NCBI GenBank assembly: GCA_039621445.1
Contig: CP154954.1
Coordinates: forward strand, 32,465,455-32,529,454
Length of the DNA: 64,000 nucleotides
Origin: Euglena gracilis
Lineage: Eukaryota
Direction of reading: 5' to 3'
Under the pieces are notes generated by a model, which worked only from the letters and a program-made list of their open reading frames with translations, was not told where the DNA came from and ran no database searches. Shown here piece by piece: positions 1 through 14,500 of the stretch. Both the position numbers and the translations under genes were made by a program. Each line of letters starts with the position of its first letter. The first letter of the stretch is position 1.

Positions 1-894
1 ATTTTCTAGCGAATAGTCACCAGCGACCATTGGTCGGGCCGACTAGTCGGCCCGACCACCATTTTTAGTCCACCCCCCCCTCTAAAAAAGTTTTTAACCC
101 CCCCCCTCCAAAAAAATTTCATTCAAATGACTCGAAACCCACCCAAATGCCCCAGAAACTCCCATTCGGGGTCCATTTGCAAAAAATTTTGGGTAATATC
201 TTCTTTTTGATCCAGTTCTGTGAAACTTGGGAGTGAAGGGGCTCCGTGCGGAAAATCGTGGGTTACCAAATTGCGGGTCGGGCCGACCTGACCGGCCCGA
301 CCTGTGGGTGCTTATCGACCTGTGTTGGTCGGGCCGACCAGGTCGGGCCGACCCACAATATTCCGCACTACCCCCCCCTTCTGGAGATTTAAGCCCCCCC
401 TGAAAAAAAACGTTTATCCAAATCACCCCAAAACCAGTCAAAACCCACTTAAATGGCTTGAGAACACCCCAATCGGGGGTGAATATGCAAAAACTTGGGG
501 GGGGGGGAATGCCCAAAAAGGGGTCGCACCGTCAAATAGGGGGTGCTTCAGCACAGAATCCCCCCGGGCAGTCAATTACCACCCCCCCCCCCCTAATTGA
601 CCGTGGGACCTCTCCACGGGACCCCCCTTTTGGTCAATTAGGGGGGGGGGTCAATTAGGGGGGGGGTACCGTCAATTAGGGGGGGGTACCATCAATTAGG
701 GGGTGCTTCAGCACGGAATCCCCCCGGGTAGTCAATTAGGGGGGGGGGTCGAAAAATTTTTCCCCGGGGCGATCGGTCAATTAGGGGGGGGGTCAATTAG
801 GGGGGGGGGGGGGTGGTGGTAGGGGGTTGAAAAAATTTTCCTGGGGCGTTTGGTCAATTATTAGAGGGGGGTTTGAATTAGGGGGGGGGAGGTG

Positions 895-1500
895 GTAACA
901 AAATCCCTTTGCTGCCGGACCGTTTTGTGAGCATGCGCAATCAGACACCCATTGTCGGAGTGCGCCTTCAGCGCCCTTGGTCGTCTAGCGGGGGGGGGGG
1001 CTGCCACCCCCCGCCCCCCCCCCCCCCCCAAACAAAATCCCTTTGGTCGTCTAGCGGGGGGGGGGGGGGCTGCCCCCCCCCCCCCCCCGCACCCCCCGCC
1101 CCCCAATAACAAAATCCCTTTGGTGCCGGACCGTTTTGTGTGCATGCGCAATCAGACACGCATTGTCAGAGGGCGCCTTCGGCGCCCTTGGTCGTCTAGC
1201 GGGGGGGGGGGTTACCGCCCCCCCCCCCCGCACCCCCCCCCGCCCCCAATGACAAAATCCCTTTTCTGCCGGACCGTTTTGTGTGCATGCGCAATCAGAC
1301 ACCCATTGTCGCAGGCGCCTTCAGCGCCCTTGGTCGTCTAGCCGGGGGGGGGGGGCTGCGGGGCCCCGCCCCCCCACCTCCCCCCCGCACCTCCCCCCCC
1401 CCCCCAATGACTAAATCCCTTCGCTGCCGGACCGTTTTGTGAGCATCCGCAATCAGACACCGATTGTCGGATGGCGCCTTCGCCCTTGGTCGTCTAACCC
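895..1500. repeat. Minisatellite (ACAAAATCCCTT...TGGTCGTCTAGC + polyG/polyC), about 4 full copies plus a short one
   Basis: Direct tandem copies. Confidence 0.85.
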
Positions 1501-1504
1501 GGAG

Positions 1505-1665
1505 CCCAACCCCAACCCTAACCCGAAACCCTAAACCTAACCCTAACCTTGAACGTAACCCGAACCCTAACCCTAAACCAAACCCTAAACCTTAAACGTA
1601 ACCTGAACCCTAACCCCAACCCTAACCCGAAACCCTAACCCTGTACCAAACCCTAATCCGAACCC
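1505..1665 (+). repeat. Degenerate interstitial telomere-like (CCCTAA)n tract
   Basis: CCCTAA/CCCAAC/CCGAAC hexamer variants; shorter tracts at ~3170-3200 and, reversed, ~5505-5540. Confidence 0.75.
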
Positions 1666-1680
1666 TGGCCCGGTCCTAGG

Positions 1681-3153
1681 CGGTAGACTGGGGGGGGGGG
1701 GTCCTGGGTGGTCGGCCGACTAGTCGGCCGACCACCCAATTGGTCGGCCGACTAGGCCTGGTCGGCAGCTAGTCGGCGAGACAGGGGGGGGGGGGTCCTG
1801 GGTGGTCGGCGGACTAGTCGGCCGACCACCCACTCTAATGTAGTTACGGGCCAGTCTCGCCGACTTTTTATGAAGAAAATTGTATGCAAACTAGTCGGTG
1901 GCTAGTCGGTGGGCATAAAAATGGTCTGTGGCGGGTCCAAACCACCCGGAAATGGTCCGGATGGGGCCAAATAAGTGCCTTACACCAACAGGAACACCCT
2001 CAGATGGAAATTTTTGGTCGGTGGGGGGTCGGTGGGCCCTTGATGGGGTCCGGAGGGGTAAAAAACCAATGACGAAACAGGGATTACATGAAAATCCTTT
2101 AGAAATGCAAGCATTCTGCATCAGGACAGGCTGAAAACTCCCCCCTCCACCCCCACCCGAGCCCAGATAACAAAATCCCTTCTATGTTGGCAACATACTC
2201 AGGGGCTAAGTCGTTTTTGTGGCTCACTTTGGCATAGGCGGGGGGGGCTCCGCCCCCCCCGCACCCCCCCCCCCTCAAATAAAAATCCCTTCTATGTTGG
2301 CAACATACTCCGGGGCGAAGTCGTTTTTGTGGCTCACTTTGGCATTGGGGGGGGGGGGGGGCGGTTCCGCCCCCCCACACCCCCCCCCTCAAATAACAAA
2401 ATCCCTTCTATGTTGGCAACATACTCCGGGGTTAAGTCATTTTTGTGGCTCACTTTGGCATAGGCGGGGGGGGGGCTCCGCCCCCCCCGCACCCCCCCCC
2501 CTCAAATAACAAAATCCCTTCTATGTTGGCAACATACTCCGGGGCTAAGTCGTTTTTGTGGCTCACTTTGGCATAGGCGGGGGGGGCTCCGCCCCCCCCC
2601 GCACCCCCCCCCTCAAATAACAAAATCCCTTCTATGTTGGCAACATACTCCGGGGTTAAGTCGTTTTTGTGGCTCACTTTGGCATAGGCGGGGGCTCCGC
2701 CCCCCCCGCACCCCCCCCCCCAAACCACAAAAAACCCTCTATTTTTGGAATATACTTGGAGGGCTAAGTCCTTTTGTGCAAAATTTGACTTATATTGACT
2801 TATATACAACGGATAGAGGTGTTCTTTTGCCAAAAGTGGCCCAAAATGGACATTTTCCCCCAATTTTTTTGCATATTGACCCCCGATTGGGGGGTTCTGG
2901 AGCCATTTGGGTGGGTTTTGACTGGTTTTGGGGTGATTTGGACAAAATTTTTTCTCAGGGGGGGGGCTTAAAAGTCGGCGAAACTGGCCCGTAACTACAT
3001 TAGAGTGGGTGGTCGGCCGACTAGTCGGCCGACCACCCAGGACCCCCCCCCCCTGTCTCGCCGACTAGCTGCCGACCAGGCCTAGTCGGCCGACCAATTG
3101 GGTGGTCGGCCGACTAGTCGGCCGACCACCCAGGACCCCCCCCCAGTCCACCG
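1681..3153. mobile_element. Element with ~185-bp terminal inverted repeats and an internal minisatellite
   Basis: 1681-1868 is the reverse complement of ~2969-3153; arms contain the palindrome GGGTGGTCGGCCGACTAGTCGGCCGACCACCC; no TSD recognised. Confidence 0.8.
2165..2725. repeat. ~118-bp minisatellite, 5 copies
   Basis: AAAATCCCTTCTATGTTGGCAACATACTCCGGGG...GGCATAGGC + polyG/polyC. Confidence 0.88.
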
Positions 3154-4475
3154 TTTCCCACTCCCTGGCCCAAACCCTAACCCCAACCCCAACCCTGACC
3201 CAGTTTGCATCATACATTTCTATCACATCAGCAAAGCTTTTCCAACAGCTCCATTCTATAAAAAAAAGAAGCTCTGTCAAAAAATAAACAGCTCCATTCT
3301 GAAAAAAAGAAGCTCTGACAAAAAAGACCATCCAAAAAAACCCGGAGAACTGGAGTGGCCGGGGACCCGCCTGAAAAGAAAACCCCGTGCCAGAAAAAAA
3401 AGGAGTTTACAAAGGTCAAAGGCGGGTCAGCACCACAGTTTGTGGGGCTGGGCAGCCGTGGGCCAAAGGCCCTAAGAAAGGAGCTTTGGCGGGGGGGGGG
3501 GGGGGGGGGGGCCCGAGGTCAGTTTTTTTTGCATTTTTTGACACTTTTGCTGTACTGTCTCAACACAGGGGGGGGGGGGGGTCCTCGGGTCCCAACTGTA
3601 CTGCCAACCCCCCCAAAAATTGGCCAAAAACCGGCGCCGAAGGCGCCAGAAAAAAATTTTAGGGCCTTTTTTTGGTCCAAAAAGGCCATTTTTGGTGTCA
3701 AAATTTTCACATGTCTCGGACCGTTCGGCACTGGGGGAGGGGTCCCAAAAATCCCAACTGTACAGGGGGGGGAGGGGGGGTCCCCAAAAAACCCCAACTG
3801 TACTGCCGTCGCCCCAAAGCCCGGGAGGGCGCCTTTTTCTTAATCAATCGAATAATAATCGAATAATAATCGATTAATCGTTCGCCCCGATTAATTGTTC
3901 GGTCGTGTAATTGAGCAACCCCGCCGAGCCCCCCCCCCCCAATTGCAATTGTACCCCCCGGCCGGAGCCCACAAGGGTGCCGTTGGGGGAGGGTAGTTTC
4001 ATGCTGGCGATTTTGGGGCAGTTTTGGTTGTTGTCCAATTTTTTCCCGCCAAAGACTCGGTGCGCCGTTTGCCGAAACTCCTCCCTCCCCCGACTCCCCT
4101 CCCCCCTTTGCCTAACGGGCCACAAAAAATTCTGACCACCAAAAGAATGACCCGAAAACATTGGTTTTCCAACAGTTTTTCATTGCTTTGTGGAGATAAG
4201 GTATGGGTGAGGTAAGGGAAGAAGGCCATCGACCTCGATGCAGCCTAGAATAATCTAAACACTGGAAATTCGGAATTTGCCCATCAAGTGTCAAATGCTG
4301 AATTCGGAATTTGCCACCCAAAATTTGGAACTGGCACACCAAATTTGGCTGCCGCTCAAAATTGGTTTAACAACATGACCCGGTTTTCGTCACGCTTTCG
4401 TCATTGTTGGTGGAGGCTACATTTTTTTGCCCATTTGAAGTCATCCTTTACCAATTTTTGTCCATTTTTCTACAC

Positions 4476-4589
4476 ACAAATTGTGGCTGAGCCCAGATTT
4501 CAGCCTGAAAACGTGTTCAGGGGCCCCCTTCGGGGGCCCTCCTGCTGAACACGTTTTCAGGCTGAAATCTGGGCTCAGCCACAATTTGT
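4476..4589. repeat. Perfect hairpin, ~44-bp arms
   Basis: ACAAATTGTGGCTGAGCCCAGATTTCAGCCTGAAAACGTGTTCAG and its reverse complement. Confidence 0.9.
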
Positions 4590-7511
4590 TTAAAAACGTT
4601 TTCAGAGCCCGCCAAATGCCTGCCCTGATTGTGGTCATGATTCACGCCAAGGGAGAAAAACGCGAAAACGTGAAATTCGGTCCGAAAAAAAAGCGCTCTA
4701 ATGGAAAACGTGCCTTGCCACAGATGCCCTAATGGAAAACGTGTCATTGCACAGATGCCCTCATGGAAAACGTGTTACCCCTCCCCCATGACTAAACCCA
4801 CCGCAAACTTTGTGAGCACCGTGAAGCGTGGAAAAAATTGATGACCACCACTGGCCATCTGTTGAAAAGAGCTTTCAATCGATGGGTAACTTGGTACCCA
4901 AACGTTGCAAGCAGCCCGAGATCGTCAGATCGGCCAGAATCTGAGTCGAAATTTGTGGTGGTTTTGGGTGCTGCTTGGTTTAAAATGCTTAACGAACCAT
5001 ACAGAAACGATTTTTCTATTCGAATTGAGGAAATCTGGGGTCCACGGAGGTACAAGATTTGTGAAATTAGGATTTCCCAGTGACAGGAAACAACAGTACC
5101 AGGCGGCGTGGCTGAATTTGGTGGTTGTCACTAGTTGTTTGATGAGCAGAGCTTTCGGATGAGGGGTGAGTTTGTACCTGAACAATTTTCACAGTAAGAG
5201 ATATGATCGTCGAAATTTGTCCGAATGCATTTTCGGACGATTTTCCGTCTTACACGTGATTTCCACAAATGCCCTAATGGAAAACGTGCCATTGCCACAG
5301 ATGCCATAATGGAAAACGCGTCACTGCCACAGATGCCCTAATGGAAAACGTGTTCATGACCATAAATTTCAGGGCAGGCATTTGGCAGGCTGAACACATT
5401 TTTAAATTTCAGCTTATCTTTTTTGACAACACCCCGGCTTCACGCTCAACCTGGGGTTCTGAACCCCGATTCGGTCGTGAAGCCGGGGCCCCCTGTACAG
5501 TTTGAGGATTGGGGTTTGGGTCAGGGTCAGGGTTAGGGTTACGTTTGTTGCTTGCCCACCCAAACAAAACACTGGTGACCCAAAGAGGGGGGTCCGACTT
5601 TCCCCCTGGGTGATTTTCACTCTTCATGTAAAGGAGACTAGGCAGAGGGGGGGTGAGGGGCGCCAATTTTGGGGGGGGGGTGGCTGGGGTGCCCGGCGCA
5701 GGCCACATTTTGGCCTTTTTTTTCAAAGAAATGTGATTTCACATGTTAAATGATTCAAAAAAATGCGTCACTTTTCTGGTCATTTTTGGGTCGGGACGGC
5801 AATTTTTCAAGGGAAAAAAATGTTCAAAAACTTTCTTTTGGTTCCCCGTCATTTTTAAGAAATTTTGGTGAAATTGATTTTTTTCGGCAAAATGGGTGAA
5901 AACGACATTGCGGGAAGCCTACATTGTTGTTTTGGGAGTACCCTCACCCCCCCCAAAAGTCCCCCCAAGTGACGAAAAATTTTGGCAAGTTTTTGTTTAC
6001 CCCCCCCCTCAACTGGCCATTTTCCTTCGGCACCAAAAGCGCCGAAGGACCCCCCCTCCAAAAGTGTCCCCCCCTCAAGAGTGGCCATTTGGGGTGTCAC
6101 GTCACTGGGAAAGCTGGGTGCTGTTAGACAGGCTGTTGGACGGGTTTCTCTTATTTGGCCCGTTTGATGCTTTGGCAGCCTTGGGGAGTTATTTCCAAAA
6201 TACAGATTTTCTTGCTTGCAGATGGACCCTGTTTTATCATGCGCGTTTTTGGGGGGGCATTCTAAGGGCGTAACTCGAGCTACACACAAAATTAGCATTA
6301 AAATGGAGTATTTTTTTTAGCGCAAGCCCAATGGGATATTTGTCTATTTGGCGGGAGTTGGCAAAACAAATGTCAACTCTGCTTCACAGTGAATAAAAGT
6401 TTGATTATCATTTTTTTCCAGATCATTATGAAAATTCGGTTTTCCAAATTCTTGTTCCTGGTCGCGGTCTGGGGGGGGGGGGCGCCTTCCCCCTCCCCCC
6501 CATTAACCCTCACTCTCCCCTTCCCATTTTTTGTGGACATTTCATTTTTCGATTTTGAAAAATGTTCTAAAGCGTGAAAACTTTTTGCTGTCCCCGGGGG
6601 GTGGCTTGACCTCCCTCCCCCCGGACCCCAATAACAGTCAAAGCCTTTTTCGGATTTTTTTTTGCAAATTTTTTGAGTGACCTCAATACAGAAAGCACAT
6701 AAGAAAGGGTTCCACCCCCCCACACCCCCACAAAGGCTTTGGGAGCACCAATATTTGAAATGTATGCGACTTTGGGTCCCGTGTCTGACCCAGTCAATAT
6801 TCCCTTGAAAATGGCCATTTCAGGTTCCGGCACCTTCAGTGCTGTGCGATGTGTATAGCAGTGCCCATTGGGCAGTGCTATACCACATCGCACGGCGTCG
6901 AAGTTGCCGGCCCGAAAATGGCTTCTGATACGAAAACTGTGTTCAGAACGCCGGTTCGGGCGTGAAGCCGTGTTTCAGAACGCCGGTTTGGGCGGCAGAA
7001 ACACGGCTTCACGCCCGAACCGGCGTTCAAGGAATCACGGCCAATTTCGCCCTAAATACCCATTTTTTGAACCTTTTTGAGCATTTTTGACCTCCTTTGG
7101 GGGAATGGCGATGTCGATCAGCCGATTGAAGTTTTCACAAATGTGATGCCATGTTACCCATCAATCGAAAGCCCTTCTCAAGGGCTTTTGACAGATGGCC
7201 ACAGGATTCAGCAATAATGCACACAGCGCTTATTTTCAGCGATCGTGTATTCCAAAATTTGACATCTTAATTTGTGAAATCCCACACCTCAGGTGCCATA
7301 CAGCATATCAATCGAAAGCTCTCCCCATGAGCTTTCATTTGGTACCCTCAGAACTCAGCCACACTGCACAGCGCCCTGAAAATCGCCGATCGCATGTTCC
7401 GACCTTTTTGGCAAATTCCAAATCCACTGTTCACCTGCCATGTTGCCCCTTGATCAATAGCCCTTCTCAAGGGCTTTCAGCATATGGCCTTAGATTTCAG
7501 CCGTGCTGCAC

Positions 7512-7551
<40 letters not shown>

Positions 7552-8447
7552 CCATACAGCACATATAGCGCGTATACCACACATACCATGGTATATATAT
7601 ATATATTCTATTTCAGAAATCCCCCAAATTTGACCAAATGAAATTGTTGCACAAAATACCCCAATTTCTGGCCAAATACCCCCCCAAAAACTGCTCAGAT
7701 ATGATTGCCACGTGTCTAAAAACCATTTTGGACACTTTTTGGCACTTTTTATTTTGGGTCCCCTGGACACTGTCTTTCCGCCCGAACCGGCGTTCTGGAC
7801 ACCAGTTCGGGCGTGAAGCCAGAGCTTCAATACATGGTTTCAAGAAAAAATGCCCACCCCAAACCCAACCCCCCCTCCCCCCCGGGTCGAGAGTGCCCAA
7901 CCCCCCTGCCTGCTCATAGCACCTTGGGGGCGGGGGGACTTGCTCATGAAAGAAGCTGGAGAAATCCATCCTCGTAAAGGCACTCATAAACCAAAACTTT
8001 TGTCCTGTTCGGACAAAACTCAGCATTCAAAGAAAACATTCAAGCAATGAAGAAGAGAAGGAGGAGAACAGAATCCACGCAAATAAACGGACAGCGTTTT
8101 GGGCTCTCGGGCCTGCACTGCAAATGTTTTTGTTGGGGCCAAGACTTTTGGGAGCAAGGAGCCTTAGAAAAATATGGACCTCGGTTCTGGATTCGGGAGG
8201 AATCTACAACGTCAGCGGGGGGGGGTTTAAGACCGTCAGCGGGGCCACACTTACTGTCCATATTTGGTCGAGGTTTCCATTTTCCCTTGCGCACCTGTGT
8301 GATATTTGATCCATTTTTAGCATATTTTTTTTCATAAAAAATCAAGAGGGTATTTTTTTCCTGAGAGTTGACTCTGGGGCTTTACTTTATTGGAGGAATT
8401 TTTTGAGGAACATCATTATATGCAAATTTTCATTGGTTGTTCCACAG

Positions 8448-8574
8448 AACCGTGTGTATTCACCTGGGATGAATTTCAAGCTCCCATTTGTGGAGTGGCC
8501 GATAATTTATGACTGCCGGACACGACCTTCCGAAATATCATCTGCCTCTGGAAGTCGTGACTTGCAAATGGTCA
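8448..8574 (+). CDS. PHB: Prohibitin exon (3' boundary uncertain by a few nt)
   Basis: ccacag| acceptor; [10 protein letters not shown]...GSRDLQMV motif. Confidence 0.9.
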
Positions 8575-11500
8575 CAAAAGGTGCTCTTTGCTGGGAATCG
8601 CGAATGTGGTAACACCACTGATATCTTTTCCCAATTTGGCTGCGTTAAATTTTTTTCCAGCAAGGGAGTGAACTTTTTGCAGGCTGCCCCAAAAACCCCT
8701 GCGGTTTTTTTGTTGTTTTATTCTCCCTCTGGCAACGTTTAAATTAACCCTTTTGCGTTCAATTTCACCCCCCTGAAAAGTTGATGTGGAACCAATTCCT
8801 TGCAGCCGGCGCCCTCTATCCTTGGAATGAATTGACTAATTCTCGCAAAGAAATGACAGAACTGATGAAAAAAATTTAACAGAATTCCTGAGCGTTTTCA
8901 CAGGGTTTTTTTGAAAGTTTTTGACATGTTTTTTTGCATGGTTTTGAAACAAATGGCATTTTATTTGAATTTTTTTTAGTCCCTGAAACTGCCCTATTGC
9001 ACAAAACGCCACACCAACGTTTCAATTTCTGTGTCAATTTTTTGCAGAAGTTTGTCAAAGTGTCTCGCAAGTGCTGTCAAAGTTTTCGAATAAATTTTGA
9101 ACATTTTTTCAAAAATTCTGTCAAAAAGTTCCAAAAACTTGTCAGCAGCTCCTAGCCGGGCTGTGGAATCCTGGGGGCCACTGAAAGTTGGGAGGAGGCT
9201 TGTGCTTAGTCGGGTGCCCACCCCACGGTGGGTGGGTGGGTGCTAGGGGCAGGCACCCCATAGCACCCACCCACAGGCAGGGCAGGGTGGGGTTTTGGGG
9301 GGGTGCCTGCCCACAGCAGGCACCCCCCTCCGACCCCGACGCCAAAGGCGCCGGGGGCCCAGAAAAGGCCATTTTTAATGAAAATTTTCTGGGTCCCCCC
9401 GGACCCCCCCCCCGGGTGGGGTGTGCCCACTAGGGGCAGGCACCCTATAGCACCCACCCTCCCCCCCCGGTCGGTAAGCACAAGCATGGTTGGGACCAGC
9501 TTAGTGAAGCTGGGCTGGAACAAAAATATTTTTGGCGCAACGCGCCAAAATTTTTGCAAGAATGGTTCAAAACAGTAACAGGGTGTCATTTGCCGAAACG
9601 AAGTGGACCCATCCCCCTGGGGGGGGGAGTCCAGCCAGCCAGCAGCTTTTTTCCAGCCAGCAGTCGTTTTCGCCCCGTCGACGAGTTTTGATTTTTTTCC
9701 AGCCGCCCTTTGTGCGGCTGGACAGTAACAGATTTTTGACTTTCGAGGGAAATTGGGCAGAAACGGGTCGGATTTGGGCTAGCTAGTGCATATTTGGGGT
9801 CAAAAAAAAAATCCATTTTTTGCATAATTGGCAGTTTTTTGGGCATTTTTTTGGCTTTTCGATTTTTTTTTGGAACCCAATTTGACCCCGGGTCGGGCCC
9901 ACTTCTAGCTGGGGGACCCCTATGGGGGGGGGCAAGGGGGGATTGCCTTTTTCCAGCCAGCCCAATTTTTTTCAGCCAGCCCATTTTTTTTTCCAGCCTC
10001 TGAGGTGGACCCAGGGAGGTCACTGCGCGATGTCTTGTTCAAAATGGCCATGGTTTTCTCCAATCTTTGGCTGAAATATCCCAACCCATTTTTTTGCTAC
10101 CCGCCAGGTCCAGCCACCCCCCCCCCCCCCCCCCCGGAACCCCCACTTAACCAACACCTTTTTTCCAGCCAGCACCTTTTTCCAGCTAGCCCACGGGACC
10201 CCCCATCCTCATACCTCAATGGGAACTGTGCTCATGTCTGAGATCGTTCCATTCTTGTTGACATCGATGATAGGTCTGGAGAATATTTCTGCTTTTGGGT
10301 TGGCCGAACAGCATCTTTGACCTGATCTCACACTCCGAGTTTTGTACCGCCCTGGCAATGACCTTACACAGCTCTATCGCACACTTGGGACAAATTACGC
10401 CCAGCGCCTCTTGCCGTCCGTGGGTGTGCTATTGCGAAGTAGCTCAAAAAAACTGACCTGCTTTGCATCATGCTGGCGCTTGGAACACATTGCCACATCA
10501 TCTGTTTACCACAAAGTGTCAAAGTGTCAAGCAAGAAAGGTCAAATAGTGTTTTCTTTCAACTGAAGCAAACACGCCAAATACAAAAGCCCCCCCGGTGT
10601 GAATTTCGGTGTGAAGACCCTTGGGGCCATGTGAGGGGAAAAACTTTTCTGGGTGGCCTACAACATTTTGGCGGTCTTCAAATGCGGTAAAATGCCAATA
10701 TGTCAGAATTTTGGGTTGCATATCTCTTATCGCGTACCGAAATGTGCATTTTTTGTGCAGCATGGAGTTCTGCTGGAATACTGTTTTATCCACCCAAAAA
10801 TTTCTGTTTTTTTCCCTGAATGGCATCATCCCGCGGGCTTCACATTTGGGGTGGGGGCTATGTAGCTTGAGGTTTTATTTCTTCAGAGTTAGCGAAGCTC
10901 ACCACCAGGGAAAGGGGGGGGGGTGAAGAACCCCCACCCCTGGGCAGGTAATGAAAACAGCGGATTATCACCATGACCTTGGACCCATTCCCTGAATTTT
11001 TTGCGGGCGCCTGGATCCTGGCTTTCTGAATCACCTCTGTTTGACCCCCCAACTCCCTGCCAGGCCCGGGTTATTCAGCCGACAAGGGGTCCAAACTGGG
11101 TAGGATTAACCCCCCCCCCAATTTTGACTCTGCCATTTGGCTGGGGTGTTATTTTCGGTCAAAAGCTTTTTTTTCGGAAATAATTCAAGAAAATTCACAT
11201 TGCATTTCGGAAAGTGTCTGCCAAAACAAATGTGCCCCAGAGACCCTTTATCGCCCCTGGATGCTGTTTTAGCTGCCGAGTGTTGTGACCAATGACGTGG
11301 CAAACGGGCATGTGCATTGGATGAAAAGGCATCTATTTCCAATGCCAAATCAAAAGAATCAGCCAATGTCGCGATTTTGGAAAACCATCGTTCCAAAATG
11401 GATATTGACCAAAATTGAAAGCATTCCATACGGACATGCCTGGTTTGTGTTCTGGCCCGCTTTTTTTTTTGCCCAAAACAGCCATTTGGGGGAGTTTTTA

Positions 11501-14500
11501 GGCCTTTTTTGGGTCTAAAATCAATTTTTCAAACTATTTTGAAGGAAAGGAAGATGAAGGAAATGTCCGACGACCAAAAGATGAAGCCCTCGGAATGCCC
11601 TATCCAACCATGTTTTATTTTTTTCCCAACTCTTGATGTAGCCCGAGTTACGGCCATTCTTCGGCCAACTTTGGCCCATTTTCGAGTCCATTTTGGGCTG
11701 GTTTGGGGTGTCGAAAATCGATGTTTCAAAGATATCTCGAAAATGGAAATTTCAAAATATCTACAGGATGGGCAAATCAAAGGAAATAACTGTGGACCTA
11801 AAAATGAAGCGTTAGGACCTCTGACACCCCGTACAGTACCAGGGGGGGGGATAAGCAAGCATTTCTTGAAAAAATTGCATGGTTGGAAAATTTGTGAAAA
11901 GTCGCATTTTTTACAATTTTTTGCACATTTACCTTTACGATGGTTTTTTTTTGTACAGGCAAACTGCTCTATTACAAGGAACTGGAAGTTGCATATTACA
12001 TAATTTCTGGACCGATTTCACGTCAACAGCAGTGAACCACTGGGTAAACCACCGTGCGATTTTGCACCTTTGCACCATATTTGCTTTTGGTGCGGCACTT
12101 TGCAGTGTTTTTTTGGCATTTTTGAAAAAATTTGCAAGACATTGTTTTGCTGATGTTTTTATGGGTTAGAAAAGCGCAAATAATTGTCCAGAATATGCAC
12201 TGTGTTGCATAGGAAAATGCTGTTGCAAAGTGACAAATTTTCCCCCGAGGAGGTGAAAAGTGAGATGGAAAAAAGTCCTCTAGCAGAAAAGTGTACAACC
12301 CCGCCGAGCTCCTGAAGGAATTTACATGCAAATTGAATTTTTTGCATTGCTTTGCACTTTTTTCTACGCTTTTTTGCATTTTTGCATTGAATATTTTGGT
12401 CCTGGAGCCTGTACAGGGTGATGGAAGGCCCCAGTTATTTCTTTGGGTCTCCACCATTTTAAGATATTTTGAAATGTTCGATTTTTTGACCCCAAAATGG
12501 CATATGTTTGTGGCCAGACGCCTAGCTGGTCCAGGCGGCCTATATGCAGGGGGTGGGGATCGCACCTTGCCCCGTTTTGATCTTTTTTTGGGTTACAAAA
12601 TTGGAAACCTTCAAAATATATATCTGGCCAATTCTTTAAAAAGCCATTTGTAATGTTATTTTGATTCCCCTGCAACTGAACGCTGCGCCAGGCCGCCGGG
12701 CCGCCGGGCAACCATGTCTCCCAAGCATCTGCTGCTCCATGCCACCATTAGGCAAGTAAAGAGCTCTACACAAAACCTGGTATTTAGCAGGCTTTTGAAG
12801 GGATTGCCGGGCCCCCCCGGGGGGGGCTGGACTGCAGCTAGTCCAAATTTGGCTAGTGGGTTTTCTAGCAGACCCCCCCCCCCCGGGGGGGCTGCTAGCA
12901 GGGCTAGATAGTGGAAAATTTTTTCCCAGTGACCGGCGCGAAGCGCCAAAAATTTTTTTGGGACCCCCAAAAATGGCCAAAAATGCCCGTTTTTGGCCAT
13001 TTTTGGGAATTTTTGGAGCAAAATCAGCCAAAAACCTGTTAAAAACCTCATTTTCAAGTCCAGGGGAGCCCGGACCCCCCGGGGGGAGGGGGGTCTAGCT
13101 AGTCCACTTTTTCCAGTGTCTAGCCGATTGGCTAGCCAGTACCCCCCCTGGGGGGTCCTTAAGCAAAAGCCTGGTATTTAGGCGTCGAACCAAACCCCTT
13201 AAACCCCCTGGGGGGCTTTACATTTGAGGATGGTAAGCTTTTTGAGAGAGGATTTATAATAATTCTTTCTTGCTTCACCAGGTGATTCAATGTGTGTTTT
13301 TTTGTTGTTGATTCCTTTGCCCAGTTCTTCTGTTTACAGGGTGGACAAATATTCAGGTTGTTTTTATTGTGCTTTTTGATCGGTGTCAGCTCTCACACCC
13401 CTCTTCCACGAAGCCCCAGACAAAGTGATTAACAGTAACTGGAAAATGGTCTAAAAATTGCCCCAAAACGACAGAAAATGCATGCATGGCAACAAATATT
13501 GACTTCTCAGGCATTTTTTTAGGCAAAGTTGCCTAATTTGACTCTTCAATGAAAAGAAAGGACAAAACATCTTGACACATAGCAGAACAGAGCTAAAACT
13601 GGTTGGATATTGAATTTTACCATTCTATTTTTCAAAAAAACACACACAAACACCGTTTCACCAAAATGAATGAAATTGTTTTTTTTTTAACCATAATGCC
13701 TTTTATCATATGTTTTGTCACTGTAATTTTTGTCTATGCTTTAACCTCACTGCAAAAGTTCCTAGAACTCGTTTGGTAATACCTTTTTAGACTCTGGACA
13801 AGGGTGGCCAAAATGGACTCAACCCCAATCCACCACTGATCTCCAACCAGTCTCACTCAACTCCCAGTCGCAATTTGGGTCCAGCTCACTGCAGCCAGAT
13901 GTCACCAAAAATTCCCAAAATTCTCTGGGTTTACCTTGAGGTGTGCCCAAACATAGCTATGGCTGCTGGATTGTTTCACAACTGAATTTGTGGTTTTTGG
14001 GGAGTTTCAGCTAGCCTGATCCAGCTTGGCAGCCAGCTTCCCCCCCCCCCCAGCCAGGGCATTAAGTGAGCGTTGGCTTTGTATATGGAGGGGGGGCCAA
14101 CCCCCTCCCTAGAGGGGGTGGGGTCTGGGGACCCCCCATACAACCAAATTTTTTTCTTCCCCGGAGAAAAAATTAACCCCCCCCCCAAATATAAAGCCCC
14201 CGGTTTTATATTTGGGCGGAAATTTCAAGACCCCACAGGGGGTTTTATATTTGGGGGGGTTTATATTCAATCGGATAAATCAACTTTTTGGCGGGACACA
14301 GTAGTCACTTTTTCGGTCCAAAATCACAAATATGTCCACCTGGGGGGTCAAAAATTTTCCCTTTTTGGTCGAAGGAGCAATTTTCAAACGTTTTTGGTAA
14401 AAATTGCACCCAAATCTGCCAAAAATCGCAATTTCAGGAGAGATTTTGTCGACTTTCCGGTCGCGCCAGAGGGGGGGTTTTACATTCGGGCGGGGTTTCA

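Noticed and set aside
1505-1665. True chromosome end
   Set aside because: The repeats are degenerate and internal.
895-2725. Repeat-spacer look resembling a CRISPR array
   Set aside because: The intervening parts are polyG/polyC length variants, not unique spacers; eukaryotic context and no cas genes.
4218-4235. EGHR peptide resembling the prohibitin N-terminal GHRA motif
   Set aside because: Too short, with no flanking similarity or supporting junctions.
94-8400. Many short Pro/Gly-rich ORFs
   Set aside because: They arise from polyG/polyC runs in repeats; no coding signature.
9600-10220. CCAGCCAG-rich segment with a GTGGACCC direct repeat as another 8-bp-TSD MITE
   Set aside because: Convincing terminal inverted repeats could not be defined.
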